Source: a virus
Virus record (IMG/VR): IMGVR_UViG_3300023223_001361
Location: 90,113-154,112 of that record
Direction: 5' to 3' (one strand)
DNA length: 64,000 nucleotides
Below, piece by piece: positions 27,400 to 37,365 of the stretch. The position numbers and the translations under genes were made by a program. Every line of letters begins with the position of its first letter. Position 1 is the stretch's first letter. The notes beneath the pieces were generated by a model. That model made no database searches and had not been told where the DNA came from. It was given only the letters and a program-made list of their open reading frames with translations.

Positions 27400-28161
27400 A
27401 TGTCACTAACAGTAAAAAAATATAGATATAAATGCACAACAGAATCTAAGAATATTCATGAATGGCGTGATGAGTCTGAAGGTGCGCCGAACCAATGTAA
27501 AAATGATCCTGCTCATAGTATCGATACTTCTAGTATAAGTGTTATCGAAACTAAAGAAGACAATGTTGTTATTATTCAAGAGGAAGAGATTAAAACTGGT
27601 GGTCATTTCCAAACTCGACAATTACATATGAGTTGTGCAGCAAATAGTTGGACAGAACTAGATGTTACTTGGGAATATCCAGTATCTATTCTTGATGCTG
27701 AATTTAAATCAGTTTCAAATATGAAAGAAGATAAATTAGAAGTTGTTATTTCTCCAGATGCTATAGTTGGTGCAATTACTTCTGATGTTTCTGATATGGA
27801 TACAGTAATTAATGTTGATCAATCTGTTATTGATAATATTGCTATTGGTTATAAAATTCAATTAGATGATTTAACAAATAAAGATATGATTGGTTATATA
27901 ACTGCTGTAGATTATACTAATAATCAAATTGTAGTAACAGGAGGTGCTAGTCAAGCTTTTACTGCTACTCCAACCTACGTTAGGATGTCTATTATGATGG
28001 CTAGAAAATTTATAATAGGTCATTCTGGAAGAAATACAATAGGCGGAAATAAAATTGGGGGTAGTCATATTCCTGCTGGAACAATAGTTCGTATTAGATA
28101 TAAGAATAAACATCTAACAGATGTTAAAGATTTCTTTGCAAAACTTGATATTCTTTATTAA
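27400..28161 (+). CDS. putative structural protein
   Basis: YRYKC...W...P..C.ND..HSI N-terminal motif; beta-rich. Confidence 0.55.
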   Translation: MSLTVKKYRYKCTTESKNIHEWRDESEGAPNQCKNDPAHSIDTSSISVIETKEDNVVIIQEEEIKTGGHFQTRQLHMSCAANSWTELDVTWEYPVSILDAEFKSVSNMKEDKLEVVISPDAIVGAITSDVSDMDTVINVDQSVIDNIAIGYKIQLDDLTNKDMIGYITAVDYTNNQIVVTGGASQAFTATPTYVRMSIMMARKFIIGHSGRNTIGGNKIGGSHIPAGTIVRIRYKNKHLTDVKDFFAKLDILY

Positions 28162-28172
28162 TAAATAGGAAT

Positions 28173-28643
28173 ATGTCTGCAAGTAATATTATTCGTAATG
28201 GAGGTTGTGATCGCATAACACTTTTAGCTCTTGATGTTCGGAAAGATCCAGTCATTGGGGCTACAGTTACTCTAGCTTTAAGAGATATTAAAACTGGAGA
28301 GTTCTGGGATGGCGTTGACTTTGTTCCTGGCTTTGCAAGTGTTACAATGGTAGAAACAAATGTAACCAATTGCCCTGGAGAATATCATTATGATTTGGTA
28401 ACTTCAGATAGAGAGATTTTATATAAAGCTGATGGAGTTGGAATAGCAAATGCCCCATTTCGAGGTTCTGCACAATTTGTCGATTGGATTGGAGACATCA
28501 TAATTACTAGAAAATACTCTCGGAACAGAGTTGTTTGCGATGGAGGAAGATATACTGTATTTGATGATGATGGAAATATTTTAGAAACTGGTGATGCAAC
28601 CATAATGGAAAGAAAACCAGATGGATTTCCAGATATTCCTTAA
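28173..28643 (+). CDS. putative structural protein (Ig-like)
   Basis: GATVTL.LRD...FWDG..PGEY.Y pattern. Confidence 0.55.
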   Translation: MSASNIIRNGGCDRITLLALDVRKDPVIGATVTLALRDIKTGEFWDGVDFVPGFASVTMVETNVTNCPGEYHYDLVTSDREILYKADGVGIANAPFRGSAQFVDWIGDIIITRKYSRNRVVCDGGRYTVFDDDGNILETGDATIMERKPDGFPDIP

Positions 28644-28655
28644 AGAGGATTAGTA

Positions 28656-28919
28656 ATGCAAAATAAACATAAGATTTTTTTTGAAAAACTTGCTGCTTTA
28701 TGTGCTGAGTTTGAAGTTTCTCATCTAGGTTCTGAGAGCAGTGGAACAACTTTTGATATGCGTTTTCGAGATTATGATGAATATTATAATATTGACTATG
28801 TAGATAATTGGGTTGGGAACGAAGAAGGTTTAACAGTATCTTGTTGGAATCGAGAGCAAGAAGATTTTGGCATGAAAAAGGTTGTTAGAAAGAAAAAAAT
28901 CAAAACCTCCAAGGAGTAA
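28656..28919 (+). CDS. hypothetical protein
   Basis: GAGG RBS. Confidence 0.55.
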   Translation: MQNKHKIFFEKLAALCAEFEVSHLGSESSGTTFDMRFRDYDEYYNIDYVDNWVGNEEGLTVSCWNREQEDFGMKKVVRKKKIKTSKE

Positions 28920-28922
28920 TAA

Positions 28923-29396
28923 ATGTCTTGTTCGTGGTTTTTGCTTAAACCTAGACATGAAATAGTTAAAGAGATTCAAGTTGTTGGGAATATTATTGTA
29001 GAAATTGAGCAAGAAGATTTTGTAGCTAGTGGCACCCAAACTGAAGAAATTGATGTAACTGTTGAGTCAGAAGAGTTTACAGCCACAGTAGATACAGATA
29101 AAAAAGATGTTATATTAGACACAGAGGAATTTTTTGTAACCATAGATGGTAGGGTAATATTTAAGGTGGCACAACCTGCAAGTTTTATTTTTCGAGAAAT
29201 CCCTTCTGGTATTATTAATGATGTTAATACTGTATTTACTTTAGCAAATATTCCTCAAACAAATACCGAAATTATAGTTTTGAATGGATTAGTGATGAAA
29301 GATGTCAATGACTATACAATTTTCAACGATACAATAACTTTTGTCGTTCCTCCAAGTTCAGGAGACAGCTTATTCGTAAATTATATAAAGGCATAA
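28923..29396 (+). CDS. structural protein with tail-fibre-type beta module
   Basis: PSG.IND.NTVFTL...LNGL...DYTI...ITF..PP..GD.L..NY. Confidence 0.65.
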   Translation: MSCSWFLLKPRHEIVKEIQVVGNIIVEIEQEDFVASGTQTEEIDVTVESEEFTATVDTDKKDVILDTEEFFVTIDGRVIFKVAQPASFIFREIPSGIINDVNTVFTLANIPQTNTEIIVLNGLVMKDVNDYTIFNDTITFVVPPSSGDSLFVNYIKA

Positions 29397-29397
29397 A

Positions 29398-29769
29398 ATG
29401 GCTCGAAAGAAAATTGACTTAAAAATTTATCGTGGTGATGATCAATGTTTTACTTTTCGTATGAAAAATGATATTGGTGCCCCATTAGATTTATCTCAAT
29501 ATACAGCTTTTGCTGCTCATATCAAAAAAGACAAAAACCAAACGGTTGTTATTGCTGAGTTCACATTTGATGCAGCGAATTCAGATCTAGACAATGGGAT
29601 TATAATCCTCACAATGGATGCTGACGATACTTTGTTACTTCCTAGAGTTTCCTGGTATGATTTTCAATTTCAAAATGCAGATGGCAAAATAACAACTCCT
29701 TTCTTTGGGAATGTTCTAGTGGAACGTGATGTATCCCAACCTCCCCCATTTGCACCTGGAACACCCTAA
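29398..29769 (+). CDS. BppU N-terminal-like baseplate/adaptor domain protein
   Basis: IYRGDD..FTF...PLDLS...GII.L.M...YDFQ pattern. Confidence 0.6.
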   Translation: MARKKIDLKIYRGDDQCFTFRMKNDIGAPLDLSQYTAFAAHIKKDKNQTVVIAEFTFDAANSDLDNGIIILTMDADDTLLLPRVSWYDFQFQNADGKITTPFFGNVLVERDVSQPPPFAPGTP

Positions 29770-29800
29770 TATCACTAATAAATATAGTCATTTAGATAAC

Positions 29801-29829
29801 TTGACATAATGTATTGTTTATGGTATGAT
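29801..29829 (+). promoter_or_regulatory. sigma70-type promoter
   Basis: TTGACA-N17-TATGAT. Confidence 0.75.
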
Positions 29830-29838
29830 AATAATCAT

Positions 29839-29920
29839 GGACTAGATTGTGGCCGTGGTGTGGAACCGCATTAAAATATCAAGACACAGCACCACATTGA
29901 TTGTCTAGCCTTTCTTTATT
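29839..29920 (+). promoter_or_regulatory. structured leader/attenuator or sRNA
   Basis: CTAGA/TCTAG plus GTGGTG/CACCAC stems starting at the predicted TSS, followed by TTTCTTT. Confidence 0.45.
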
Positions 29921-29938
29921 CGAATTATTGGGAATATT

Positions 29939-31057
29939 ATGAAAAGAAAACGTAGGAAACGTTTTTCATTTGAATCTATTGAACCCGCCTGGGACTCTTC
30001 TGTTGATGAAGAGAAAAAACAAATTCAATTAACTAATATTTTAAATTGGTATAATACAAATTATGATAGAAAGAAAAGTATGAAGTGGTTTCTGGATTGT
30101 ATGGAAAAGAGAGCCATTCCCAAAGAAACAATTAAACATGTTAGATGTGTTCCTGATACCTATATTCCCGGCACTTTAGGTGCTGTTTCTCGTCTTATAT
30201 TAAATGAATCTGAAAATTTACCCAAAGCTTGTGAAGTTTATCTTGATAAGACGATAAAAAAACTTGCTGAAAAAGGCAAAGTTGTTTATCTCGAAAAGAA
30301 ACAGAAAGCGAAGATTCCTAAAAAATCTGTTCAAGATATGATGCAGGAGAAGCTTATTAAATATCTTGGGCATGTTGATGAGAATATTGATAAGTTTGTA
30401 GAAAATGAGTGCCGTTCGAATTTCTCTTTAGATGAATGGTTAAAGAGTCATGATATTAAACCAATTCATGCAAAAAAGATCGGAGAATACTTTAAACCTT
30501 TACAAGAAGAATTGGAACTTGCTTTATCTGGCAAAGATGAACAGTTGACAGAAGGATATTCTCATTTCAAAAAAGTTGAATTAAAAAGATTGAAAGCTTT
30601 TATGGATAATATCGTAAAAGTTAGTTCTGAATATCATCAAGATAAGTTATCTAAAAAGCGCCGAGTTCGAGTTCATAAAACTAAAATTCCTTCACAGCTT
30701 ATTACAAAACTTCAGTATTTGGATAGGAGTGAGGAAGTTGGTGGTTTGACTAGTGAGAGTCCTCGGAAGATTATTGGTGCCAACCAGATGTGGGTTTACA
30801 ATACAAAATATAAAATTTTGGGTGTCTATTATTCAGCCGATGAAGATGGATTTTCTGTAAAGGGGACAACACTTCAGAATTTCGATGAAGAAAAGTCTAA
30901 AGGAAAAAGACTTCGAAAACCGAATGATATTGTTCCCCAGATTAAAAATATGGGGAAGGTTTCTTTACGAAATATTTTATCGCAATTACAAACGAAAGAA
31001 ATTAATTTGACAGGAAGGATCAATAAAGATATAATTCTTTTAAGAATATTAAAGTAA
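29939..31057 (+). CDS. conserved T4-superfamily hypothetical protein
   Basis: LNWYN; IGA..MWVYNTKY..LG.Y; SVKGTTL.NFD...KRLRKP; GRINKD. Confidence 0.75.
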   Translation: MKRKRRKRFSFESIEPAWDSSVDEEKKQIQLTNILNWYNTNYDRKKSMKWFLDCMEKRAIPKETIKHVRCVPDTYIPGTLGAVSRLILNESENLPKACEVYLDKTIKKLAEKGKVVYLEKKQKAKIPKKSVQDMMQEKLIKYLGHVDENIDKFVENECRSNFSLDEWLKSHDIKPIHAKKIGEYFKPLQEELELALSGKDEQLTEGYSHFKKVELKRLKAFMDNIVKVSSEYHQDKLSKKRRVRVHKTKIPSQLITKLQYLDRSEEVGGLTSESPRKIIGANQMWVYNTKYKILGVYYSADEDGFSVKGTTLQNFDEEKSKGKRLRKPNDIVPQIKNMGKVSLRNILSQLQTKEINLTGRINKDIILLRILK

Positions 31058-31070
31058 ATAATGGGAAAAT

Positions 31071-31679
31071 GTGATGAAATATGAACTTTTGTCAAATGAT
31101 ACAATCCGAGAGTCTGGTAAAACTTTATATAGGATTCGCTGCATAAAAAGTTTTTATTATGTTCTGGGTGGAATAAGTCTATTGAGGCGTTCTGGAGATT
31201 TAGGAGGCTACATAGAAAAAGAATACAATCTATCTCAACTTGGAAATTGTTGGATTTTTCAAAATGCTAAGGTTTTTGATGATGCTGGGGTTCGGGGTAA
31301 TGCTCTGATTTGCCACTGTGCTAAGGTTTTTAATGATGCTTGGGTTCGGGATAATGCTATAGTAGAACGTAATGCTCAGATTTGTGGTAGTGCTTTGATA
31401 TGTCTAGATTGTCGAATATCCAACTCTATGAAAATAGATTCAGGATGTTGGGATGGTACATCCGAATCAACACCTAAAGAAGACTCTATCACAGAAACTA
31501 ATCACCTAATAGATATTAAACCTGCTTTAAAAGTATTGAATAATCCAGATTTAGAACTAATGATTTTCGAGGAGTATAATAAAACTGCTCCCGAAGATTT
31601 ATCTCCGTGGATAAAAGGATTAATTAGCCCGGAATCAGCAAAGAAAGTTTTACAATTTATAAAGATTTATCATTTATGA
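31071..31679 (+). CDS. left-handed beta-helix repeat protein
   Basis: GDLGGYIE...NLSQ.GNCW then hexapeptide repeats (NAKVFD, DAGVRG, NALICH). Confidence 0.75.
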   Translation: MMKYELLSNDTIRESGKTLYRIRCIKSFYYVLGGISLLRRSGDLGGYIEKEYNLSQLGNCWIFQNAKVFDDAGVRGNALICHCAKVFNDAWVRDNAIVERNAQICGSALICLDCRISNSMKIDSGCWDGTSESTPKEDSITETNHLIDIKPALKVLNNPDLELMIFEEYNKTAPEDLSPWIKGLISPESAKKVLQFIKIYHL

Positions 31680-31697
31680 AGTTATAGGAAATTAATT

Positions 31698-31994
31698 ATG
31701 CCTTATATTAAACAAGAAACAAGATATTTATTTGATGAAATGGTTGATGGTTTAGCTAAGGTTATATTTACTGAATCTGATAGAGAGCTAGGCTCACCTG
31801 CTGGCAATTTAAATTATATAATTACAACTTTACTTGATAAAACTTATTCCCAGTGGAACGATAATTATACATACTTTAATGAGAAGGTTGGTATTTTGGA
31901 ATGTGCGAAACTTGAGCTTTATCGTCGTCGCATTGCTCCTTATGAAGATGAAAAAATTGAATTGAATGGTGATGTCTTTCCAGAGAAGAAATAA
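31698..31994 (+). CDS. conserved phage hypothetical protein
   Basis: MPYIK; GNLNY.IT; LECAKLELYRR..APYED.KI..NGDV. Confidence 0.75.
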   Translation: MPYIKQETRYLFDEMVDGLAKVIFTESDRELGSPAGNLNYIITTLLDKTYSQWNDNYTYFNEKVGILECAKLELYRRRIAPYEDEKIELNGDVFPEKK

Positions 31995-33484
31995 TGAAAT
32001 CTATATTCTTTGATCTTGAAACTACTGATCTCAATCCTTGTGGTCAGATTATAAACTTTTCCTTTATGACTGTTGATGAAAACTGGAATGTTGAGAGTGA
32101 ACATAATGGTTCAATTCATATTTCACGTTTGCAGTTACCTAATCCTTATGCTATCTTAGCAAATCGAGTTAATGTTGTTGAGCACCAAAGAGCTGGCTAT
32201 TCCTCAGAAGCGGAAGCTATGCCTGGAATTCGTAAGTATATTCAAAGTGTGATTGATACTTCCAGAGAATCTGTGAATTTAATTGGATTTAACTCAAATC
32301 GTTTTGATGTTCCTTTTCTTAGAACGAGCATGATACGAAATGGTGTCAATCCTTATTTTGGTCGATCTCTTATCTATAAAGATGTTCTTCATGTTGCACA
32401 AAAACTTGCTCTCATTGATTCTAATTTTCTGGATATGGTTGCTACTGGAGAAGTTACTACTGAAGGTAATCGTGAATTTAGTTTACGACTTTTTCATCTT
32501 AGTAAAATTTTCTTTGGCGAAACTCAAATTCATGAATCTTCTGATGATGTTCGTTTGACGATTATGCTTGCTCAACTTTTCGCAGAAGAGTATGATCTCG
32601 ATATAAGAATTTGGGATTCATATGAAGCATCAAATTTTAATTCTGCGTTAATTAAAGAGTTTCCGGCATTTGATGCTAAACATCATAGAGATAGTACTGA
32701 TAAATTTGCTAGAGAAACATTGATACATTATCAAAGTGATAAGAAGTATTCTTTATGGATTAGTTTAGAAAGATTAAAAGAATTGAAGAATAGACAGGAT
32801 GAACTTAAAGAAGAGCTCGGGGAAAAACTTTTTTTGGATTCTATTGATACTATTACTAGGGATGATGTGAAAAATTGTGTCTTATGGTTTAACAAAAATT
32901 CAAGTTCTTTTTATGTAAGTTCGGATATTCCGCTTCAGTATATCAGTGAAGAGGATGAAAATTTAGTAAAAAATGCCAAAAGTATCGTTGATGATTGGGA
33001 TATAACAGTTAAGAATTATTGGCCCAATAGGAATTGTGATATAGAATGTTTTATTTATAATCTTTCTTTTAATGGTATGGATGCATTAGCTGAAGCTATA
33101 CATGATAATGATTTAGGATATCTTGAAAGATTAGATGAAGATTATGCTAATATTCTTTATAAAAGACATGTTATGAATAGTTTTTCAAATCCAAATCATG
33201 ATTCAGTCAAAAAGGCATTGAATGGATATGCATTATATCGTTATGGTGGAAGGATGAAAACTTCTAAGATTGATACTGAGAGTGTATTTGATGAAGGTAT
33301 ATATAATCCAAGTTTTCATGCAACATATAATGAATTGGTTGATATTATAGATGGGAAACTTTCTACTCCTGGTGTTACCATTGAAGATGCTCTTTTATTG
33401 GAATCTCTCAAGAAATTTTATGATGAAAGTCCAATGTCTGCCGGTGGAGTTGATAAAGTTCATCAAATTAAAAAGGATGTCTGA
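31994..33484 (+). CDS. DEDDh 3'-5' exonuclease, exonuclease I-like
   Basis: FFDLETT, FNS.RFD..FLR and HESSDDV motifs. Confidence 0.8.
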   Translation: MKSIFFDLETTDLNPCGQIINFSFMTVDENWNVESEHNGSIHISRLQLPNPYAILANRVNVVEHQRAGYSSEAEAMPGIRKYIQSVIDTSRESVNLIGFNSNRFDVPFLRTSMIRNGVNPYFGRSLIYKDVLHVAQKLALIDSNFLDMVATGEVTTEGNREFSLRLFHLSKIFFGETQIHESSDDVRLTIMLAQLFAEEYDLDIRIWDSYEASNFNSALIKEFPAFDAKHHRDSTDKFARETLIHYQSDKKYSLWISLERLKELKNRQDELKEELGEKLFLDSIDTITRDDVKNCVLWFNKNSSSFYVSSDIPLQYISEEDENLVKNAKSIVDDWDITVKNYWPNRNCDIECFIYNLSFNGMDALAEAIHDNDLGYLERLDEDYANILYKRHVMNSFSNPNHDSVKKALNGYALYRYGGRMKTSKIDTESVFDEGIYNPSFHATYNELVDIIDGKLSTPGVTIEDALLLESLKKFYDESPMSAGGVDKVHQIKKDV

Positions 33485-33587
33485 TGATAAAGGCTGAATT
33501 ACATACTCCAGAAATTTTAGAAAAGTTTGGAAGATTAGAAGATAAAAAGTATCTTGTTATCTTGGATTTGTTTAATAGAATATCGAA

Positions 33588-34196
33588 ATGAACATTTGGT
33601 TTACAGGGGATACACACTTCTCACATGGGAACGTGATAAAGTATTGTGGTAGACCATTCGATGATGCTCATCATATGAATAAGGTTATGATTGAAAATTG
33701 GAACGCAGTTGTTAGACCTGAAGATCACATTTATCATTTGGGAGATGTTGGTTTTTGCGGACCAGAGAAACTTAATACAATTCTTGATAGGTTGAATGGT
33801 AAAAAGTTTTTGATTATTGGAAACCATGATAATCGTTCTTTGAAGTCTGAACAATTTAGAAACCATTTTGAATGGATAAAAGAAGTTGCTCATATAACTT
33901 TACAGGATAAGGTCGATACTTTTAGAATGACTTTGTGCCATTATGCTATGAGAACTTGGTATAGGTCCTGTCGAGGAAGTTGGATGCTTTATGGTCATTC
34001 GCATAATAAGTTACCAGATGATCCAAATCTTTTATCAATAGATGTTGGAGTAGATTGCCATAATTTCACTCCTATCTCTATTCAGAAAGTGAAGAAAATT
34101 ATGGAAAAGAAAAAAGGTTGTGGGGAAACCGAAGACTGCCGCGCTCGTAGACTACGAGAGGGAAGAGTTTTTCCTTTGAGAGAGAAAAGAAATTGA
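33588..34196 (+). CDS. calcineurin-like metallophosphoesterase
   Basis: DTH, LGD, GNHD, HY, HGHSH-type and DVGVD motifs. Confidence 0.9.
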   Translation: MNIWFTGDTHFSHGNVIKYCGRPFDDAHHMNKVMIENWNAVVRPEDHIYHLGDVGFCGPEKLNTILDRLNGKKFLIIGNHDNRSLKSEQFRNHFEWIKEVAHITLQDKVDTFRMTLCHYAMRTWYRSCRGSWMLYGHSHNKLPDDPNLLSIDVGVDCHNFTPISIQKVKKIMEKKKGCGETEDCRARRLREGRVFPLREKRN

Positions 34197-35074
34197 TATT
34201 TGTAGATTATAATCAGGTACTCATTAGTAGTATTATGAGTCAGATAAATTCAAATCCCAATGCTGAATTGAACGAGGATTTGATTCGCCATATGGTTTTG
34301 TCTAGTATATTATTTTATAAAAAACGTTTCGGTAAATTATATGGTGAAATGATATTTTGTGCTGATAGTAAAAAGTATTGGCGAAAAGATGTTTTTAAAT
34401 ACTATAAAGCTTCTCGTAAAAAGAATCGAGAAAGATCTGGTTTTGATTGGGTGACTATATTTGATACTTTAGATAAGATGAAGTTAGAGTTGAGAAAAAA
34501 CTTTCCTTATAAGATGATTGAGGTTGAAGGTGCTGAAGCAGATGACATCATAGGAGTTTTGGTGAAAGCTTCTCAGTCAGAAATACCAAGAACTAAAGTT
34601 TTAATACTTTCTTCTGATAGAGATTTTATGCAATTGCAAAGATTTGATAATGTTTTTCAGTATTCTCCAATTGCTAAAAAAATGCTTCACACTAGCGACC
34701 CAATTGGGTATTGTTACAGTCATATAATGAGCGGGGATGCAGGAGATGGAGTACCAAATATTCTTTCTCCTGATGATGTCTTTATTGTGGATGGTGAAAG
34801 ACAAAAACAATGTGGACCTAAGAAGGTCGAAAAGTGGATGAAAATTATTAATGAAGATGGAGTTGAAGATTTTTTGAAAACGCAAAGTGAAGCGTTTCGA
34901 AAAAACTGGTTTCGTAATAAACAGCTTGTTGATTTGAAACATACTCCAGAACATATAGAAATTTCTATTCTTGAAGAATATGATAAGGAACCAGAAGGCG
35001 CAAGACGTAAATTGTTAAACTACTTCATCAAGAACAAGTTACGAAATTTGATGGAGTCTATGAGCGAGTTCTAA
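34193..35074 (+). CDS. rnh: T4 RNase H / 5'-3' exonuclease
   Basis: WRK...YKA.R, EADDIIG, SSDRDF.QL and GDAGDGVPN. Confidence 0.92.
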   Translation: MIFVDYNQVLISSIMSQINSNPNAELNEDLIRHMVLSSILFYKKRFGKLYGEMIFCADSKKYWRKDVFKYYKASRKKNRERSGFDWVTIFDTLDKMKLELRKNFPYKMIEVEGAEADDIIGVLVKASQSEIPRTKVLILSSDRDFMQLQRFDNVFQYSPIAKKMLHTSDPIGYCYSHIMSGDAGDGVPNILSPDDVFIVDGERQKQCGPKKVEKWMKIINEDGVEDFLKTQSEAFRKNWFRNKQLVDLKHTPEHIEISILEEYDKEPEGARRKLLNYFIKNKLRNLMESMSEF

Positions 35075-35401
35075 ATGTCTATAGATTACGAGAAGATTAT
35101 TTTTGAATATGAAAAACAAACAGATGATTTTGGTTTCACGGAAGTTTCAGAGGATACTTTTGAAGAAGCTGTTGATGAAGCTGTTGATGAAGCTGTGATG
35201 CAAACACAACAAGTATCTTTGGAACATGCACAAGAGCAACTTGTTGCTGTTGAAAAATTGATTTTACCTTTCTTAATAAAGCTTATGAACGCAAAAGAAG
35301 TTTATATCAAATGGCCCCACGAAGTTCGGGAGCCTGTTATCCGAGCACAGATAGAAAAGATATTAGCTATAACTAGGCACGGGCATGGTACTAATGAATA
35401 A
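35075..35401 (+). CDS. conserved hypothetical protein
   Basis: DDFGF..V and ILPFL..L...YIKWP motifs. Confidence 0.65.
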   Translation: MSIDYEKIIFEYEKQTDDFGFTEVSEDTFEEAVDEAVDEAVMQTQQVSLEHAQEQLVAVEKLILPFLIKLMNAKEVYIKWPHEVREPVIRAQIEKILAITRHGHGTNE

Positions 35402-36473
35402 GATAGTTGGGAAGGGTTATACTTTTGATGATTTGACACTTGTGCCTTGCCTTACTAATGTGGGTAGTAGACTTGAAACAGATTTTTCAACTCAGTTAAC
35501 GAAAGATACTGTTTTGAGTATCCCTATTATCAACTCTCCAATGGATAGTGTTATCTCTTTTGAATTAGCTGATATTCTTGATGGATATGGAACATACCCA
35601 ATTTTCAGTCGAGGGTTGGATATAGAACATTACAAGAAGATTAGGGACAATACTTCTCATTATCGTGGAGTTGTTGTTTCTCTTGGCATCAATAATATGG
35701 ATTTTGTTAAAGAGGTAGTTGATTTAGGATTTGATCGGATTTTATTTGATGTTGCAAATGGTCATACTAAAATGATGGAAAAAGCAATTGCCAAAACTAA
35801 AAAATACAATGATAAAGTTGAAATCATTGCTGGAAATGTATGTACTGGTCTAGGTTATTATGATTTAGCTAACTGGGGTGCTGATTGTGTCCGCGTCGGC
35901 ATTGGTCCTGGAGCAGCTTGTACTACTCGAATGGTTACTGGAGTTGGCGTGCCTCAAATGAGTGCAATTCTTGATATTGCAGAAGAAAAATCAAAGATGC
36001 ATAGTAGAAAAGTTCCTTTCATTGCAGATGGCGGAATTTCTTCTTCGCGTGAATTGTGTTTAGCTTTAGCTGCTGGCGCTGATTGTATCATGATAGGAAA
36101 ACTCTTTGCTCTTACAGAAGAAAGTGCCGCAATGAAACGTGGTGGATCTAAAGAAGAGTGGATAGTAGAAGGAAGTAGAGTAACAATACACCCAGATACA
36201 GGAATAAGACAAGCTAAATATCGAGGGCAAGCCTCAGAAGATTATCAAAAGGATTATTACGGTGGCTTAAAAAAAGGCACTGTCCCAGAAGGTGTAGATT
36301 TTTGGGCTCCTGTAACTGGTTCAGCTCATGATGTTATTGATAGTTTGTTAGGTGGCCTACGAAGTTCTATGTCATTCCTTGATGCCAAGACTTTAAATGA
36401 ATTTCAAAGTAAAGCAAGATTTATTGAAGTGTCGAATACATATATGAAAGAAAGTAAACCAAGGGAGAATTAA
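35385..36473 (+). CDS. IMP dehydrogenase / GMP reductase family (no CBS domains)
   Basis: [36 protein letters not shown] and PEGV. Confidence 0.9.
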   Translation: MVLMNKIVGKGYTFDDLTLVPCLTNVGSRLETDFSTQLTKDTVLSIPIINSPMDSVISFELADILDGYGTYPIFSRGLDIEHYKKIRDNTSHYRGVVVSLGINNMDFVKEVVDLGFDRILFDVANGHTKMMEKAIAKTKKYNDKVEIIAGNVCTGLGYYDLANWGADCVRVGIGPGAACTTRMVTGVGVPQMSAILDIAEEKSKMHSRKVPFIADGGISSSRELCLALAAGADCIMIGKLFALTEESAAMKRGGSKEEWIVEGSRVTIHPDTGIRQAKYRGQASEDYQKDYYGGLKKGTVPEGVDFWAPVTGSAHDVIDSLLGGLRSSMSFLDAKTLNEFQSKARFIEVSNTYMKESKPREN

Positions 36474-36475
36474 TT

Positions 36476-36922
36476 ATGGTAGTTAATCCGAGAAGAAAAA
36501 CAATTGGTGAAATTTTAACTGAAACTCAAAATGCGAAAACATTTAAAGCTAAAGTTGAAGTTCTACAAAAAAATGAATCAAAACCACTTCGGCAAATTCT
36601 TAAATTAGCTTTTGATCATGAATCTTATAAATGGACTCTTGATCCAAGTAAGGCACCCTATGTCGAAAATCTTTGTCCCATTGGTGAAGGTCATCGAACG
36701 ATTCAAGGTGAAACGAAAAGATTGTATATGTTCTTGGATGTTGAAGGCTCTAAGAATATTCCATTATTGAAAAAGGAAGCAAAGTATGTTAATATGTTAC
36801 AATCGTTCGATGCTCAAGAAGCTTCCCTTATGGAACAAATTCGTCTTGGAAAAATTGAAAAGATTAGTCAAAAGGTTGTTGATGAAGCCTTTCCTGATCT
36901 ATTAGAGAAGAAAGCTGTTTGA
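36476..36922 (+). CDS. conserved T4-superfamily hypothetical protein
   Basis: KVEVLQ...LR.ILKLAFD; E.KRLY.F; ML.S....EA.L. Confidence 0.7.
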   Translation: MVVNPRRKTIGEILTETQNAKTFKAKVEVLQKNESKPLRQILKLAFDHESYKWTLDPSKAPYVENLCPIGEGHRTIQGETKRLYMFLDVEGSKNIPLLKKEAKYVNMLQSFDAQEASLMEQIRLGKIEKISQKVVDEAFPDLLEKKAV

Positions 36923-37179
36923 ATCTAGTGGAATTAGTCATTATTGATAACTTGACACATGTTTAATTATATGAAATAATAGACTATACCAAGAGAATGG
37001 AAGATTGAACAGGAGAAGATTATGTTTGATTCAATTGAACAAGCTGAAAATACCATAACTAAATTAGAAAAAATTGTTAAACATTTACAAGGTGAAAAAT
37101 ATAGAGGTGCTACTTCATCAAAAATTAAACATATGGATGTTTTGAATATTGCAAAAAATGAATTAGAAAGGATGAAGAA

Positions 37180-37365
37180 ATGAGTGTTTTTTATTGTCAT
37201 GAATGTTGTAATTATATTGATAGTGATTATATTGAATGTTTTGAATATCCTGAAAAACTGAAGACTAAACAAAATAAGTTTGATTTGGTTTGCATTGGTT
37301 GTATGGAAAATTTAGTTCAACCTGATGAAGAATTAAAAAAGAAATTTGAAAATATGGAATTATAA
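37180..37365 (+). CDS. small zinc-binding hypothetical protein
   Basis: CHEC...CIGC. Confidence 0.55.
   Translation: MSVFYCHECCNYIDSDYIECFEYPEKLKTKQNKFDLVCIGCMENLVQPDEELKKKFENMEL

Noticed and set aside
35160-35200. Tandem GAAGCTGTTGAT repeats (EAVD)
   Set aside because: A short in-frame coding microduplication with no sign of a separate function.
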